DNA of 64,000 bases from positions 12,298-76,297 of the IMG/VR virus record IMGVR_UViG_3300028920_000902. The stretch is one strand, 5' to 3'. Below the pieces are notes generated by a model. That model ran no database searches, had not been told where the DNA came from, and saw nothing but the letters and a program-made list of their open reading frames with translations. This document shows, in pieces, positions 1-10,000 of this stretch (positions are counted from its first letter, which is position 1; each line of letters begins with the position of its first letter). Position numbers and translations under genes: made by a program. This stretch comes from a virus (Duplodnaviria > Heunggongvirae > Uroviricota > Caudoviricetes).

Positions 1-2160
1 TCTGGTGCAGATGTTGATATTTATATAGCAAACGACAACCAAACCCTTGATGGCTGGGGCGGCCCTGTCGCGGGCGGGTATGATGTGTGGAGGGTTCCCG
101 GCCCATTCGACTATATTGGCGGGGGCAACAACGGAACCAATCTCAAGACTCGGCGTGGCGCATTCGGCGACATAACTGGCTCAGTAAAGACCAACATAGA
201 CGGAAGAAGATATACATGGGAGTGCTGCTATTTCTATGATGCGTCGCTTCTTTTGTTTGGGTGTTACAAGGTTGGCAGTCTTTATTTCAATGGTTGTACT
301 TTTAATGCTCCGGTGCTTGATTTTTCTTATCAGGGCGGTCTTACCAAAAACTACGTCAATGATTGTATCATTAACGGCAGTATATTGTTGGGCTATGATG
401 CTGTTGGCTATTGCACAGTTGTTTTTACGCGCTGCTATTTTGTTGGGAAAACACAGGCAGAGGTATTGGAGAATGTTAGGTTTCCTTCCAAGGTCACCTT
501 TGTTGACTGTGTGTTTGAGGTTGCGCTTGATGCTGAGTTGCCCACAAGCGTGTCTTCCATAAGGGAAGGAACGCTGCGGTACTCCACGTTCTTTGGGGAA
601 AGGCACTCTGCTGACTATACGGGGTATGACCACGGGTTCGGGTCAAACAGCCGCGAGGGGCCGGGGGCGTTCTACTTCGGGATGGGAACAGTATCAGGAA
701 CGGCCACACCGTCCTCTGGTGTGGGGCCAATGGACACGCACTTTGAGACTTCGCCAGAGGGTGATGTCGATGTACAGTGGGATTTTGGAGATGGCACGTA
801 CTCAGAGGAGTGGCAGTCTGACCACCGCTATACCGCACCCGGCAAGTACGAGGTCACGCTGACGTGGACAGACAGGCTTGGCAACACTTCGACCACGACC
901 TTCACCATATATGTGTACGATTGGGACTACTCCGGGTCTGGAGTGTGGGCCAGCTATACCGATGAGTGTCTGCGGCTGTCGATGCACCCGGCAAAGGGGC
1001 TGGGATGGTCTGAATTCAACGGAGACGGCTGGCCGTTCCCCGAAGCACGAGTGGGGCCGCTGAAGATAATTGATGACAAGTACAAGGAGCGCCAGTTGGT
1101 TCTGGATTCCCTGCACGGAAGGGTGGTGGAGATTGGCCTGACCGAGGGGTTCAGAGACCTGGCTGGCAGCGCCTATGAGGGTGGAAATTTCTCCACGGAG
1201 ATACGGTTTCCAGAGGAAATCGGGGACGCTGAACACTACTTCATGGAGTCTTTGGAACACCATGCCCATTTCAGGCCGTTCGATGAGGATGATGGGTATC
1301 TGGACGGGTTCGGGGTGGACTTCTCGCTGCTGAAAGACGGTGCCCAGAGCGACACCGTGAAGACTGAGGACATTCCCCTCACCGGAGACGTGACTCCGAG
1401 GCTTGTAGGGCCGGGGGACAGAGAGGCCCACCGTTGGCAGCCCCGCATCGTTACGAACGCCTCTGGATACCGCCTTGTGCGTCTGAGAGATTATTACGTG
1501 GTGCGCGACAAGGCATCCGGCCCAGATGACAGGGTGATGACAGAACAGGGTTGGGAACAGGACTTGGCCGACGTGTTGTTGCACATGGGCAGAAATGAGT
1601 TGAATCCGGTGCTTAACTTCGCCACGGGGGTGGATTTCTCTGGCAGTTACAGCTCTGTTGTGGCGGGGCCGGACGGACTGGAGGGTTCTGCGCTGGCTTT
1701 TGCGGGTGCTGGATTGACCTCTGCCGACTCGCTGAGTCTTGCGGGGAATTTCTCCATAGTGGCATGGGTGAACCAGATAGGCGCCACCCAGACCATACTG
1801 AATCAGGCATCGGGATTCCGGGTCAGGATTGTGGTAACTGGTACTGACTACACGTTGGAGTACAGAGATGGAAGCGGCACCTACACGTCTCCCGTGTTGA
1901 GTTGGCCTGGAACTGAATGGTCTATGTGTACAATTGTACGGTCTGGGCGAACACTAAGCATGTATCACGATGATACACTTGTGTTTTCTCAGGAGGTGAC
2001 GGTGGTGACCAACACCGGGGCGGTGCAAATATTCCCGTCGGGTACGGGTTACGGATACGACATTAAGATTCTGGACGGGGCGCTTGAGGCGGGGGCTGTT
2101 GCATATCACCACAAAGATGTCACCGAGAAGGAAGGGGTGGGTACATGCCCGCTGTACTGA
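1..2160 (+). CDS. tail fiber/receptor-binding-like structural protein, 5' partial (PKD domain plus ConA/LamG-like domain)
   Basis: Reading frame is open from nt 1 (no upstream stop; first in-frame start is GTG at 85). PKD-like motif WDFGDG...YTAPGKYEVTLTWTD at ~nt 770-930. C-terminal LamG/ConA-like segment LSLAGNFSIVAWVNQ. Confidence 0.65.
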   Translation, partial: SGADVDIYIANDNQTLDGWGGPVAGGYDVWRVPGPFDYIGGGNNGTNLKTRRGAFGDITGSVKTNIDGRRYTWECCYFYDASLLLFGCYKVGSLYFNGCTFNAPVLDFSYQGGLTKNYVNDCIINGSILLGYDAVGYCTVVFTRCYFVGKTQAEVLENVRFPSKVTFVDCVFEVALDAELPTSVSSIREGTLRYSTFFGERHSADYTGYDHGFGSNSREGPGAFYFGMGTVSGTATPSSGVGPMDTHFETSPEGDVDVQWDFGDGTYSEEWQSDHRYTAPGKYEVTLTWTDRLGNTSTTTFTIYVYDWDYSGSGVWASYTDECLRLSMHPAKGLGWSEFNGDGWPFPEARVGPLKIIDDKYKERQLVLDSLHGRVVEIGLTEGFRDLAGSAYEGGNFSTEIRFPEEIGDAEHYFMESLEHHAHFRPFDEDDGYLDGFGVDFSLLKDGAQSDTVKTEDIPLTGDVTPRLVGPGDREAHRWQPRIVTNASGYRLVRLRDYYVVRDKASGPDDRVMTEQGWEQDLADVLLHMGRNELNPVLNFATGVDFSGSYSSVVAGPDGLEGSALAFAGAGLTSADSLSLAGNFSIVAWVNQIGATQTILNQASGFRVRIVVTGTDYTLEYRDGSGTYTSPVLSWPGTEWSMCTIVRSGRTLSMYHDDTLVFSQEVTVVTNTGAVQIFPSGTGYGYDIKILDGALEAGAVAYHHKDVTEKEGVGTCPLY

Positions 2161-2327
2161 CAGACAGAAACGAGAGTTTGCGCACGTTTCAGCCTCGCCA
2201 GATTAGTCCCAATCTGTCGTTGGAGGAGTCGTTTCGGCAGTTGAATGAGGCATACATAGAGTTGTTTGGTGAGGTGAAGCAGATGCGGCAGCTTCTATAT
2301 TCTTTGGACAGAAAAATCAACAGTTGA
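2145..2327 (+). CDS. small hypothetical protein (60 aa)
   Basis: ATG overlaps the upstream stop; AGGAAGG-like RBS upstream; no recognisable domain. Confidence 0.4.
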   Translation: MPAVLTDRNESLRTFQPRQISPNLSLEESFRQLNEAYIELFGEVKQMRQLLYSLDRKINS

Positions 2328-2339
2328 AGGGGGTCACAA

Positions 2340-2651
2340 ATGGCTCGGAGTAGTGTGTACAATGTGGTGATTGCGGATTCGTGTCAGACAGCGACGTACC
2401 ATGCGCATCTTCCGGCTGATATGAAGCGCAATTTTGGTGAGGCCATTCCGAAGGGTGCGGTTGGTGTGAGCTGGAGTGGCAGTGGTCAGTCAAACCTGTT
2501 TTATGTACCTTATGGTGCGGGGACAGATACGAGCAAGGTGGTGTGTTTGATTGATCATGCCGACGGGGTGATTCATGCGATCAGTCCGGGGTATATCATT
2601 GATGACAATGCGTTCCAGACAACTGCTCGTAACATTGTGATTCATTACTAG
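2340..2651 (+). CDS. hypothetical protein (103 aa)
   Basis: AAGGGGG RBS 8 nt upstream of the ATG; sits in a co-directional structural gene run. Confidence 0.5.
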   Translation: MARSSVYNVVIADSCQTATYHAHLPADMKRNFGEAIPKGAVGVSWSGSGQSNLFYVPYGAGTDTSKVVCLIDHADGVIHAISPGYIIDDNAFQTTARNIVIHY

Positions 2652-2659
2652 GGGATAAT

Positions 2660-4858
2660 ATGGCACAGGATTGGAAAGATTCATTGCCAAAGAAGAGGCT
2701 GAGCAAGCGGTTCAAGTTCTCTTCTGGTGGTGCCCAGTCGTTGGGGAACACGGGTACTGGTGAGAATGGACGGCTTGAGCCATCCAAGCCTGTTGCCATG
2801 TTCCAGACTGCCGACGGGCCACGGATGGTACACGAGGGGGAGGACATGCAGAAGCTCCCCAACGGGGACATACAGGTGATTCCCGCGAGCCAGTCACAGC
2901 TTGGACAGTTGGAGCGACGGGGCGTGAAGGGGTATGCTCTGGGTGGAACGATGCGTTCTCACGGCGGCGGTCACCACGATGCGTTTTTGGGCAGCCAATC
3001 GGGGGTTTCTTCAAACCCGTTTAAGGCAACTCCCGAGCAGCAAACGGTGGATGCCCCGACCCTGAATCTCGGTGCGCCCGTGGCAAATGCACCAGCACCA
3101 CAACAGACTGTGGACATAGCCCCGCCCCAGCAGCAGAGAACCGTTGGGCTTGGGCTTGATGTGGGTGCCCCTGTGACAACTAGCAATACCGCTGCTGGTG
3201 ATGTGACTCCGACCACGACCACTCCCACCGTAGGCGAGTCTGCGGTTGCCCGTGGGCTTGGTGGGCTTGAGGCCATTGCGGCAGGTGAGTCTCCGGTAGA
3301 CAGGACAATAGCCAACCGCACCCTTGGCAACCTTGGGGCACAGCAGGAAGCCGAGCGCATGGCAGCCATACAGGCGCAGGCACAGCAGGGTGTTTCTGGC
3401 CCCGCTGCACAAGCACAGCAGGCAATGCTTGGCATCACTCAGGGGTCACAAATGGGTCAGGTGGCTGGGGAGTTGGCTCAGGGTGCGCAGCAAAGAGCAC
3501 AACAGGCGGTAAGAGACCTGTTGGCTGGTGGGCAAGCGCAACAGCGGTTTGAGTTTGATAAGGAGAAGTACGGGGATGAAGAGTTTACCCGCATGGCAAC
3601 AGATATTGCGAACGGTATGACATTCGAGCAAGCAAAGCAAAAGTATCCTAACCTTAGCCGCGAAGATTATGAGTCAACACGTGGAACTGTTCTGTTTGAA
3701 CAGGATCGGGCAAGGCTTGAGGCTGCTCGTGACGATGTTGGAACATGGGTAGACCAAATGGTGACAAGTGACCCCGAGTGGATGTCTTCCGGGAAGTGGA
3801 TGACAGACCCACAGATGCAGGCAAGGTTGACCAATCTTTGGAAAGAAGAGGGAATGGATGGTGAATACAACCCCAACAACGCTGCGCATCAGGCATGGGC
3901 ACAGACCCAGATAGCCCCCTATACTGTTACTCCCGAGGAAGCGGAAATAAATCGGGTGCGAAACTCGACATGGTATCAGGGACTTGATCCAGATGAACAG
4001 AACGAGGTGGATGATTTGCTTGACTTCGCTGCGACCATTTCTGTTACTCAAGGATACCAGCTTGGTCAAAATACAGATGGGTCTACATATATAATGAATG
4101 CTGATAATGAGGTTGTATATGGGAGCAGGACAAATGACCCAGGCGCGGCTCCGGGCTTGAGCAGCGAGGATGTAAATGGGTTCATTGATGCTATGGCGGA
4201 TAATGGCATAACCGTTTCTCCATCCCGTGCGCGGCAGTACATGAACGAACATCCGGGCGAAGGTTATCCCACGCTGGAAGAGTTTAATGTGTGGAACTCT
4301 AGCGCGGCTGATATTAGTAATATTATGGACTACTTTAACGGTGAGCCAGATGCAATACTGAGTACCGCCGATGTGGCAAAAATTGATGAAATCAAAGCTG
4401 CCCAACTTGCAGTTGATGCCGGTACGGCCACCGACGAACAGAAGCAATTGCTTGCAAGGTTCCCGGTTGAGTTTGCCGATGGGGCAGTGTTCGAGGGCGG
4501 CAAAATGGAGAGTACTGATGATTTTCGCTTTTACGTGAGTAAGTACGGAAATCTGCATCGCCACATGGAGTACAACAACGAGATATATAGGGCATCAAGC
4601 CAAGAGGCGACGTTTACCAGCGAAATGACGGAGTGGATTAATCAAAATGCCGGAAGGATTGTGCAAATTGACGGAACGTACTATAGAATTTCAGCCACAA
4701 ACCCGATTGTGAATATGACAATTCAGTCAAACGAGGTTACTTCTGGCAATGATTCCCGCACCTTTGGTGCGTCCGTTCAGGGGTTGAAGGTTGTCAATGT
4801 TGAAAGCGGTGTGGAGGAAACGCTTACCTTTGGTGCAAAATATCGTGTTGAGGATTAG
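2660..4858 (+). CDS. hypothetical virion structural protein (732 aa, Gln/Ala-rich central region)
   Basis: Long ORF with GGGGA RBS; placed among tail genes; no specific motif recognised. Confidence 0.6.
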   Translation: MAQDWKDSLPKKRLSKRFKFSSGGAQSLGNTGTGENGRLEPSKPVAMFQTADGPRMVHEGEDMQKLPNGDIQVIPASQSQLGQLERRGVKGYALGGTMRSHGGGHHDAFLGSQSGVSSNPFKATPEQQTVDAPTLNLGAPVANAPAPQQTVDIAPPQQQRTVGLGLDVGAPVTTSNTAAGDVTPTTTTPTVGESAVARGLGGLEAIAAGESPVDRTIANRTLGNLGAQQEAERMAAIQAQAQQGVSGPAAQAQQAMLGITQGSQMGQVAGELAQGAQQRAQQAVRDLLAGGQAQQRFEFDKEKYGDEEFTRMATDIANGMTFEQAKQKYPNLSREDYESTRGTVLFEQDRARLEAARDDVGTWVDQMVTSDPEWMSSGKWMTDPQMQARLTNLWKEEGMDGEYNPNNAAHQAWAQTQIAPYTVTPEEAEINRVRNSTWYQGLDPDEQNEVDDLLDFAATISVTQGYQLGQNTDGSTYIMNADNEVVYGSRTNDPGAAPGLSSEDVNGFIDAMADNGITVSPSRARQYMNEHPGEGYPTLEEFNVWNSSAADISNIMDYFNGEPDAILSTADVAKIDEIKAAQLAVDAGTATDEQKQLLARFPVEFADGAVFEGGKMESTDDFRFYVSKYGNLHRHMEYNNEIYRASSQEATFTSEMTEWINQNAGRIVQIDGTYYRISATNPIVNMTIQSNEVTSGNDSRTFGASVQGLKVVNVESGVEETLTFGAKYRVED

Positions 4859-4865
4859 TGGTGGC

Positions 4866-5336
4866 TTGGTTGTGGTAACTGGTGCGCCGAGGAGCGGGAC
4901 ATCATGGATGGTGCGGCAAGTAGCTAAGATGGGAATACCACCAGTTGCAAAACCGTTTTTGAGAGAACACGACAGGATACGAAGGTTTAATCCCGAGGGA
5001 TTTTATGACAGCAAGCTCTTTGATGTGTTGGGAATGGAAATGCGGCGAGCATGTATGAAGGTGTGGGGGGGGCTTCTTTCGTTTGTGTCGCCAAGAAAGG
5101 TTTCGTTTGTCATTGTTTGTCGGCGGAATAGAGATGATACCATTAGGAGCTATGGTAACCTTCTCAAAGAATTAGGATGGTTGTTTCCCAAATGGATTGC
5201 GAGGGTGGTTGTGGACATACATCTCAATGCCATTAAAAAGTGGTGTCTTACAACAGACATTCCATACCGCATAGTTGATATGGACAACATTTCTGATGAG
5301 GTTATGACAAGCATTGGGAGGGAAATATGGCAGTAG
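4866..5336 (+). CDS. sulfotransferase-like protein (PAPS-binding motifs)
   Basis: 5'-PSB-like motif GAPRSGTSW and 3'-PB-like motif RNRDDTIRSY. Probable TTG/GTG start just after the upstream stop at 4858. Confidence 0.5.
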   Translation: MVVVTGAPRSGTSWMVRQVAKMGIPPVAKPFLREHDRIRRFNPEGFYDSKLFDVLGMEMRRACMKVWGGLLSFVSPRKVSFVIVCRRNRDDTIRSYGNLLKELGWLFPKWIARVVVDIHLNAIKKWCLTTDIPYRIVDMDNISDEVMTSIGREIWQ

Positions 5337-5683
5337 GAACAATTATTGCGGCGGCAATTGCGGCGACAGCAACCACCGTTTCGGGCATAGCATCATCTGT
5401 CTCGTCCTCGCAGGCACAGGGAGAAGCGCGGGAAATGCACAAGGAAGAATTGGCCCGCGAAGAGGAACAGCAGGAATATGAGCGGGGGCAAACGCGCCGC
5501 GTGCTGGGACTTAAGACCCGCGAACTTGAGATGCGCGAGAGGGAGTCAATGTTTCAGCAGCGAATGACCCGAAAACAGATGAAAAAGCAAGACCAAGACA
5601 AGCTGGCAAACATGCTGCTCTTCAGAGCAAACAATGACGAGAACTTTAAGAATTCCCTTTGGGCGCGCTGGGGAAGGGGGTAG
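5327..5683 (+). CDS. hypothetical protein with N-terminal hydrophobic helix and charged coiled-coil (118 aa)
   Basis: N-terminal segment AVGTIIAAAIAATATTV, then an E/R/K-rich region. Confidence 0.45.
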   Translation: MAVGTIIAAAIAATATTVSGIASSVSSSQAQGEAREMHKEELAREEEQQEYERGQTRRVLGLKTRELEMRERESMFQQRMTRKQMKKQDQDKLANMLLFRANNDENFKNSLWARWGRG

Positions 5684-5686
5684 CCC

Positions 5687-7096
5687 GTGGCAAGCACATA
5701 TAATCCCCGAGACTATGTGCAGGATTATGGTTGGATTGCACAAGCTGGGAGCCAGATTGCGGCCGGTGTTGGGGGTGCCATCAAAAACATGCCCCAATTC
5801 CGCGAACACAAGGTAAAGACGGGGGAGCTTTACAGCGGTGTTCAGAAACACGTTTACAAGATGCCCGACAAGGCTGTGCATGACATTGGCACAACAAAGG
5901 CCGAGTTGGCGAAGCTTGTTCCCAAGCCGGAAAAAAACGAAGATCCAAGAAGCTATACCAAGCGCATCTCCGAATGGTATAAGCCAATTACATCAAGGCT
6001 GGAGGCTATTGGAATATCGAAGCAGGATCTCATTTCGATGATTCCGATGGGTGCCGATATTGGAACGCTCGGTAAGGAGGCGGCACAGGAGTCCCGCACC
6101 GCACAGCTTGGGCAAGCAGCACAGGGTGCGCTGGGGGCACAGTTTAAGGGACAGGAGCCAAGCCAGCAACTGTCTGCTGATGTTGGGTTGCAGCGGGAGA
6201 CTGCCCCCGGCGGGGAACCGTCTCGTTCTCAGCAATTGGGGCTTTCTGCGCCACCCACAATGCAGCCACAAATGGCAACCGCTGGCGAGGCACGAACACG
6301 CCCAGAGGCACAGCAACGCATTGCCACGACACTTGGGCAGCAGGGGGCGACACCACAAGAGATTCGTCAGCAACAGCTTGCCCTAGGCGGGGCGCTTCCA
6401 GAACAGGCGCCGTCTCCAGACGATGCTCTTATGGCTGACGTTAAGACTAAGGGTGGCATGACTTCTGCACTTGGCGCAAACACATACATTTTTGGGAAAA
6501 CCGAAGAGCTTGGTAGGTCAGAAGCCAAGGCCAAGGGTGTGAAGAAGGTGCTGGATCAAGTAAGCAAAGACCCAATGATTCTGTCAGATCCCAAGAAGCG
6601 GCAAAAGCTCATTGCCGAAGCAAAGCCCCTTGGTTTGTGGGATAATGATGGTGGCCTTGCCAGCAAGGAAACTATGCTTGAAATTTTGACTTCTGAAGAG
6701 GAGAATGTTGAGCGCCTGAAAGGAGATGTAAAGGCTGCGGAGGAGCAGAAAAACCAGGCGGTACACGGAAAAACAAAACAGCCCACACCCAAGACGGCAA
6801 CACCAAAGTCTGCTCCGGCAGCGGAAGCTACGCTTAGCACCATTGTGAACCGCGAACTTGGTAATATATTTCCCAACGATGTTGAGTTCAGCAAGGATGA
6901 TTTTGGTCGTATACAGCGCGTAGTAAAGCCCAATACGATGGCCGCACAGATTGCCGGAGACGTGGAGTTGCTCAATGCATTTAGGTATATCGTGGCGAAA
7001 GAAAATGCACGGGCGGCACGAATACCACAGCCTACGCCGGAGGCCATCGAACGGGTTAAGGCGATGATGGGTGGGGGTAAGGGAGAAGGGTTTTAG
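5687..7096 (+). CDS. hypothetical virion/internal protein (469 aa, Q-rich)
   Basis: GTG start after GGGGAAGGGGG; low-complexity Q/A-rich middle; in structural module. Confidence 0.5.
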   Translation: MASTYNPRDYVQDYGWIAQAGSQIAAGVGGAIKNMPQFREHKVKTGELYSGVQKHVYKMPDKAVHDIGTTKAELAKLVPKPEKNEDPRSYTKRISEWYKPITSRLEAIGISKQDLISMIPMGADIGTLGKEAAQESRTAQLGQAAQGALGAQFKGQEPSQQLSADVGLQRETAPGGEPSRSQQLGLSAPPTMQPQMATAGEARTRPEAQQRIATTLGQQGATPQEIRQQQLALGGALPEQAPSPDDALMADVKTKGGMTSALGANTYIFGKTEELGRSEAKAKGVKKVLDQVSKDPMILSDPKKRQKLIAEAKPLGLWDNDGGLASKETMLEILTSEEENVERLKGDVKAAEEQKNQAVHGKTKQPTPKTATPKSAPAAEATLSTIVNRELGNIFPNDVEFSKDDFGRIQRVVKPNTMAAQIAGDVELLNAFRYIVAKENARAARIPQPTPEAIERVKAMMGGGKGEGF

Positions 7097-10000
7097 TGGC
7101 CCGACAGGATAATTTTCTTTCAGCAGCCGCAGGGCTGTCTGCATATTCGGGGTGGTCTCCTGACGAGATTCGCACCAATGTCACCGATGTGCTTTCTTCG
7201 GGGGATACGCAACGAATTGGCGGTCTGACCCAAGCTCTGTCTGCGCTTAAGCCATATGGTGGCTGGGGGTCGGAAGAGATAGAGAGCAATCTTCGGACGC
7301 TGTTTCCTCAAACAGAAATCCCGCAGCCCACGTTTCGTGACACCACGCCACAGATAGAACCAGCCATTGCATCCAGCACGGCAGTGGACATACAGCCTAC
7401 AATTCCGCAGCCAACCGAAGAGCAAGTTGCAGAAAGCATTATGATTCCTGCTGCCCATGCCGGTGCGCGTGGGGCGGCGGAAGCCGTGGCGGCAGAACCG
7501 CCGCCAACTGAAGAGATGGGGCCGGAAGACATACCTCTCCCCGAGCTTGAAAAGCCAATGCAGGGGCCCGGTGGAGAGGTGCCGGGAACGCCCCAAACAT
7601 ATGACATGTATCTTGCCAGTCTTCCAAAAGAAGACCGCGAGAAGATAGAAAACGACGCACGGTATGAGGCCTACTGGCACGAGTTTGGAAAGATAGGGTC
7701 TGTGTCGGCAGGGCTTGCTGCATCAATTCCGTTTTTGAATCAGATAAGCGATGAGGAGAAAGCAGAATTTCTGTCAATGAACCCAGAGTTGTTTATGGCT
7801 GGGCAACTTGGTGGAACGGTTCTTCAGTCCATAGGGCTGGCAGGGTTGGTTGGAAAGGGTTTGCAGGCAATTCCGGCCATTGCAAAGTCCCCCCTGCTTG
7901 TGCAAGCCATTACGAGGGCAACCGTTGCGGGCGGGCTGTCCGGGGCTCGCGGTGTTGATGAGGCAATCCGTGGCAAGGGCACTTTGGCAGAAGCTGTTGG
8001 CGATGCGGTGCGTGGTGCTGGCGCTGGACTTGTTTCGATTGTTCCTGAGGTTTTTGCTCCCGCGAACGCCATACAGCTAATTGCGCAGCCCCTTGCCGAT
8101 CTTGTGTACGATGTTGGGGTTGGTGCCGTGTCTGGCGAGGATGTTGGAAGCGACGATTGGTGGAAGAACGAGCTTTTGAACCTTGCCATATCTGAAGGGT
8201 TTGCCATTCGCGATGTGGCTTCAGGGGCCAAGTTCAAAGCCACTCAGGGAGCACAGAGAGCAGAGGTACAGAAATGGCTAAAGGGCAAGGGTGGTGATGG
8301 GTTTGAAATTCTCGACAAACTAGACTTGCCAAGACCAACTCCGGGAGATGAACAGCGCCCGACAGAAACAAAAATTGGTGAACCTACAAAGAGCGTTGCA
8401 GAAACAAAGCCAGAAGAAGAGGAGCCTACGTTTGATGTTGGGACTGCTGGGGCTGACGCGACAAACCCGACAAAGGTACAGGTGCCTGCCGACCTTCAAG
8501 AAAGGGTCGTATTTGGGAAGGTTGAAGTTTCTCCCGCACAGAAAGACAAACTTACAGGTCTCCCCAATAACTCAGTAACCAAGACACAGGTAGATGCTGT
8601 TGCTGATGATGATTGGACAATCAGCATAGATGGGGATAAGTTCAAGGCTGTGAACGATACCCAAGGCCACAAGGCCGGGGATAACGTAATCACACAGATA
8701 GGTGCATTGTTTCACAAGCACTTTGGCCAGTTTGATGATGTTTTCTATGGTCGAGAGGGTGGTGAGGAATTTTTTGGGAACCTCGGCAAGGAGCTTACCC
8801 CAGAAAAATTAGCCGCTGCGCAGGCTTTTTTGGAGGAGGCACCAGACGCAATACGCATTGGAAATGACCCGTTTACACTATCTATGGGCATCGGGAAGGG
8901 TAACTATACCACAGAGGGTGGTGATAAGGCCCTTGTGAGCGATAGGGCATCCTTTATGGCCAAGGATAGTGGAAGAAATCAATTAGTTGTTGACAAAGAT
9001 GGTGTTGCAGAATACATTAAGGGGAAGGAGGTTGGCCGCAAGCAATATGTGGTTGACTTCAGCCGTAAACAAGCGAAGGAGGCCATAGATGAACTTGCCA
9101 AGGCGGGTGAAATTGACGCCGCAACAGCTAAAAGACTACGGGGAGAGGTCGATAGAGGCCAAGAAGGCCCGAAGACTGGCGGACAAAGAGTATCAGAGAC
9201 AGCGCCAGGGGAGCCAGTAAAGCCACCGAAGACACCCACCGCTGCAAAGAAGCCCCCCGCTGGTGATGGCAACCAGAAAGAGCGTAGCTTCCCCAAGACG
9301 GCCGAGAAGAAGGGTCGTGTTGGCGGTACTGACAAGCTGTATACCCCACAATCCAATGCGGAATCGATTAAACGGGCCGATGCTCTTATCGAAGAGCGCG
9401 GCCTTGTCGGTGCTGAAGAATGGGTCAAGTCTGACGAATCTAAAGGTGCAGACAAGACTGTTGTTGCCCTAAGGCTGATTGATCATTATCAAACTAGTGC
9501 GGGCAAGGTAGAGGGCGCAAAATCTGAAGCCAATATGCAGAAGGCAATGGATATTGCTTCTGAGACTGCGCGGGCATTGACTAGTGCTGGTCAGGAGATT
9601 CAGGCGGTTCGTGTTCTCAGCAAGATTGCCCCAGAAACATTTCTTACCTCCGCGCAGAAACAGATTGACCGGGTAAACCGTCAGCGGCCCAAGGCACGCC
9701 AGCTTATTCTCAAGACCGAAGACGCACGCAAGATTACTCGTCTTGCCAAAGAGGCCCAGACGTGGGATACGCTGGACAAGGAAACACAGAACACAGTAAA
9801 GGCTATTCAGAAGGTGCTGGATACAGGCGAGGTTACTGTTGCTGACATTAACTCGCTGAAAACCCTTCAGGCAAGAATCCGTGATGCGGTTGGTGTTGAG
9901 CCACGATCTCCCAAGCCAAGGGCCACCCCAAAGAAGCCAAGTCTAAATTCCATGCTTCAGTCGCGGCTTAGCGACATGGCTGCGGAACGCATGGCTAAGT

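Noticed and set aside
3674-4564. 296 aa - strand ORF and other antisense ORFs inside long + strand genes (e.g. 802-1584, 7120-7680, 12523-13248, 13300-14079, 15543-16301, 19398-20414)
   Set aside because: They are antisense to well-supported long genes with domain signatures, which is typical GC-rich shadow ORF behaviour.
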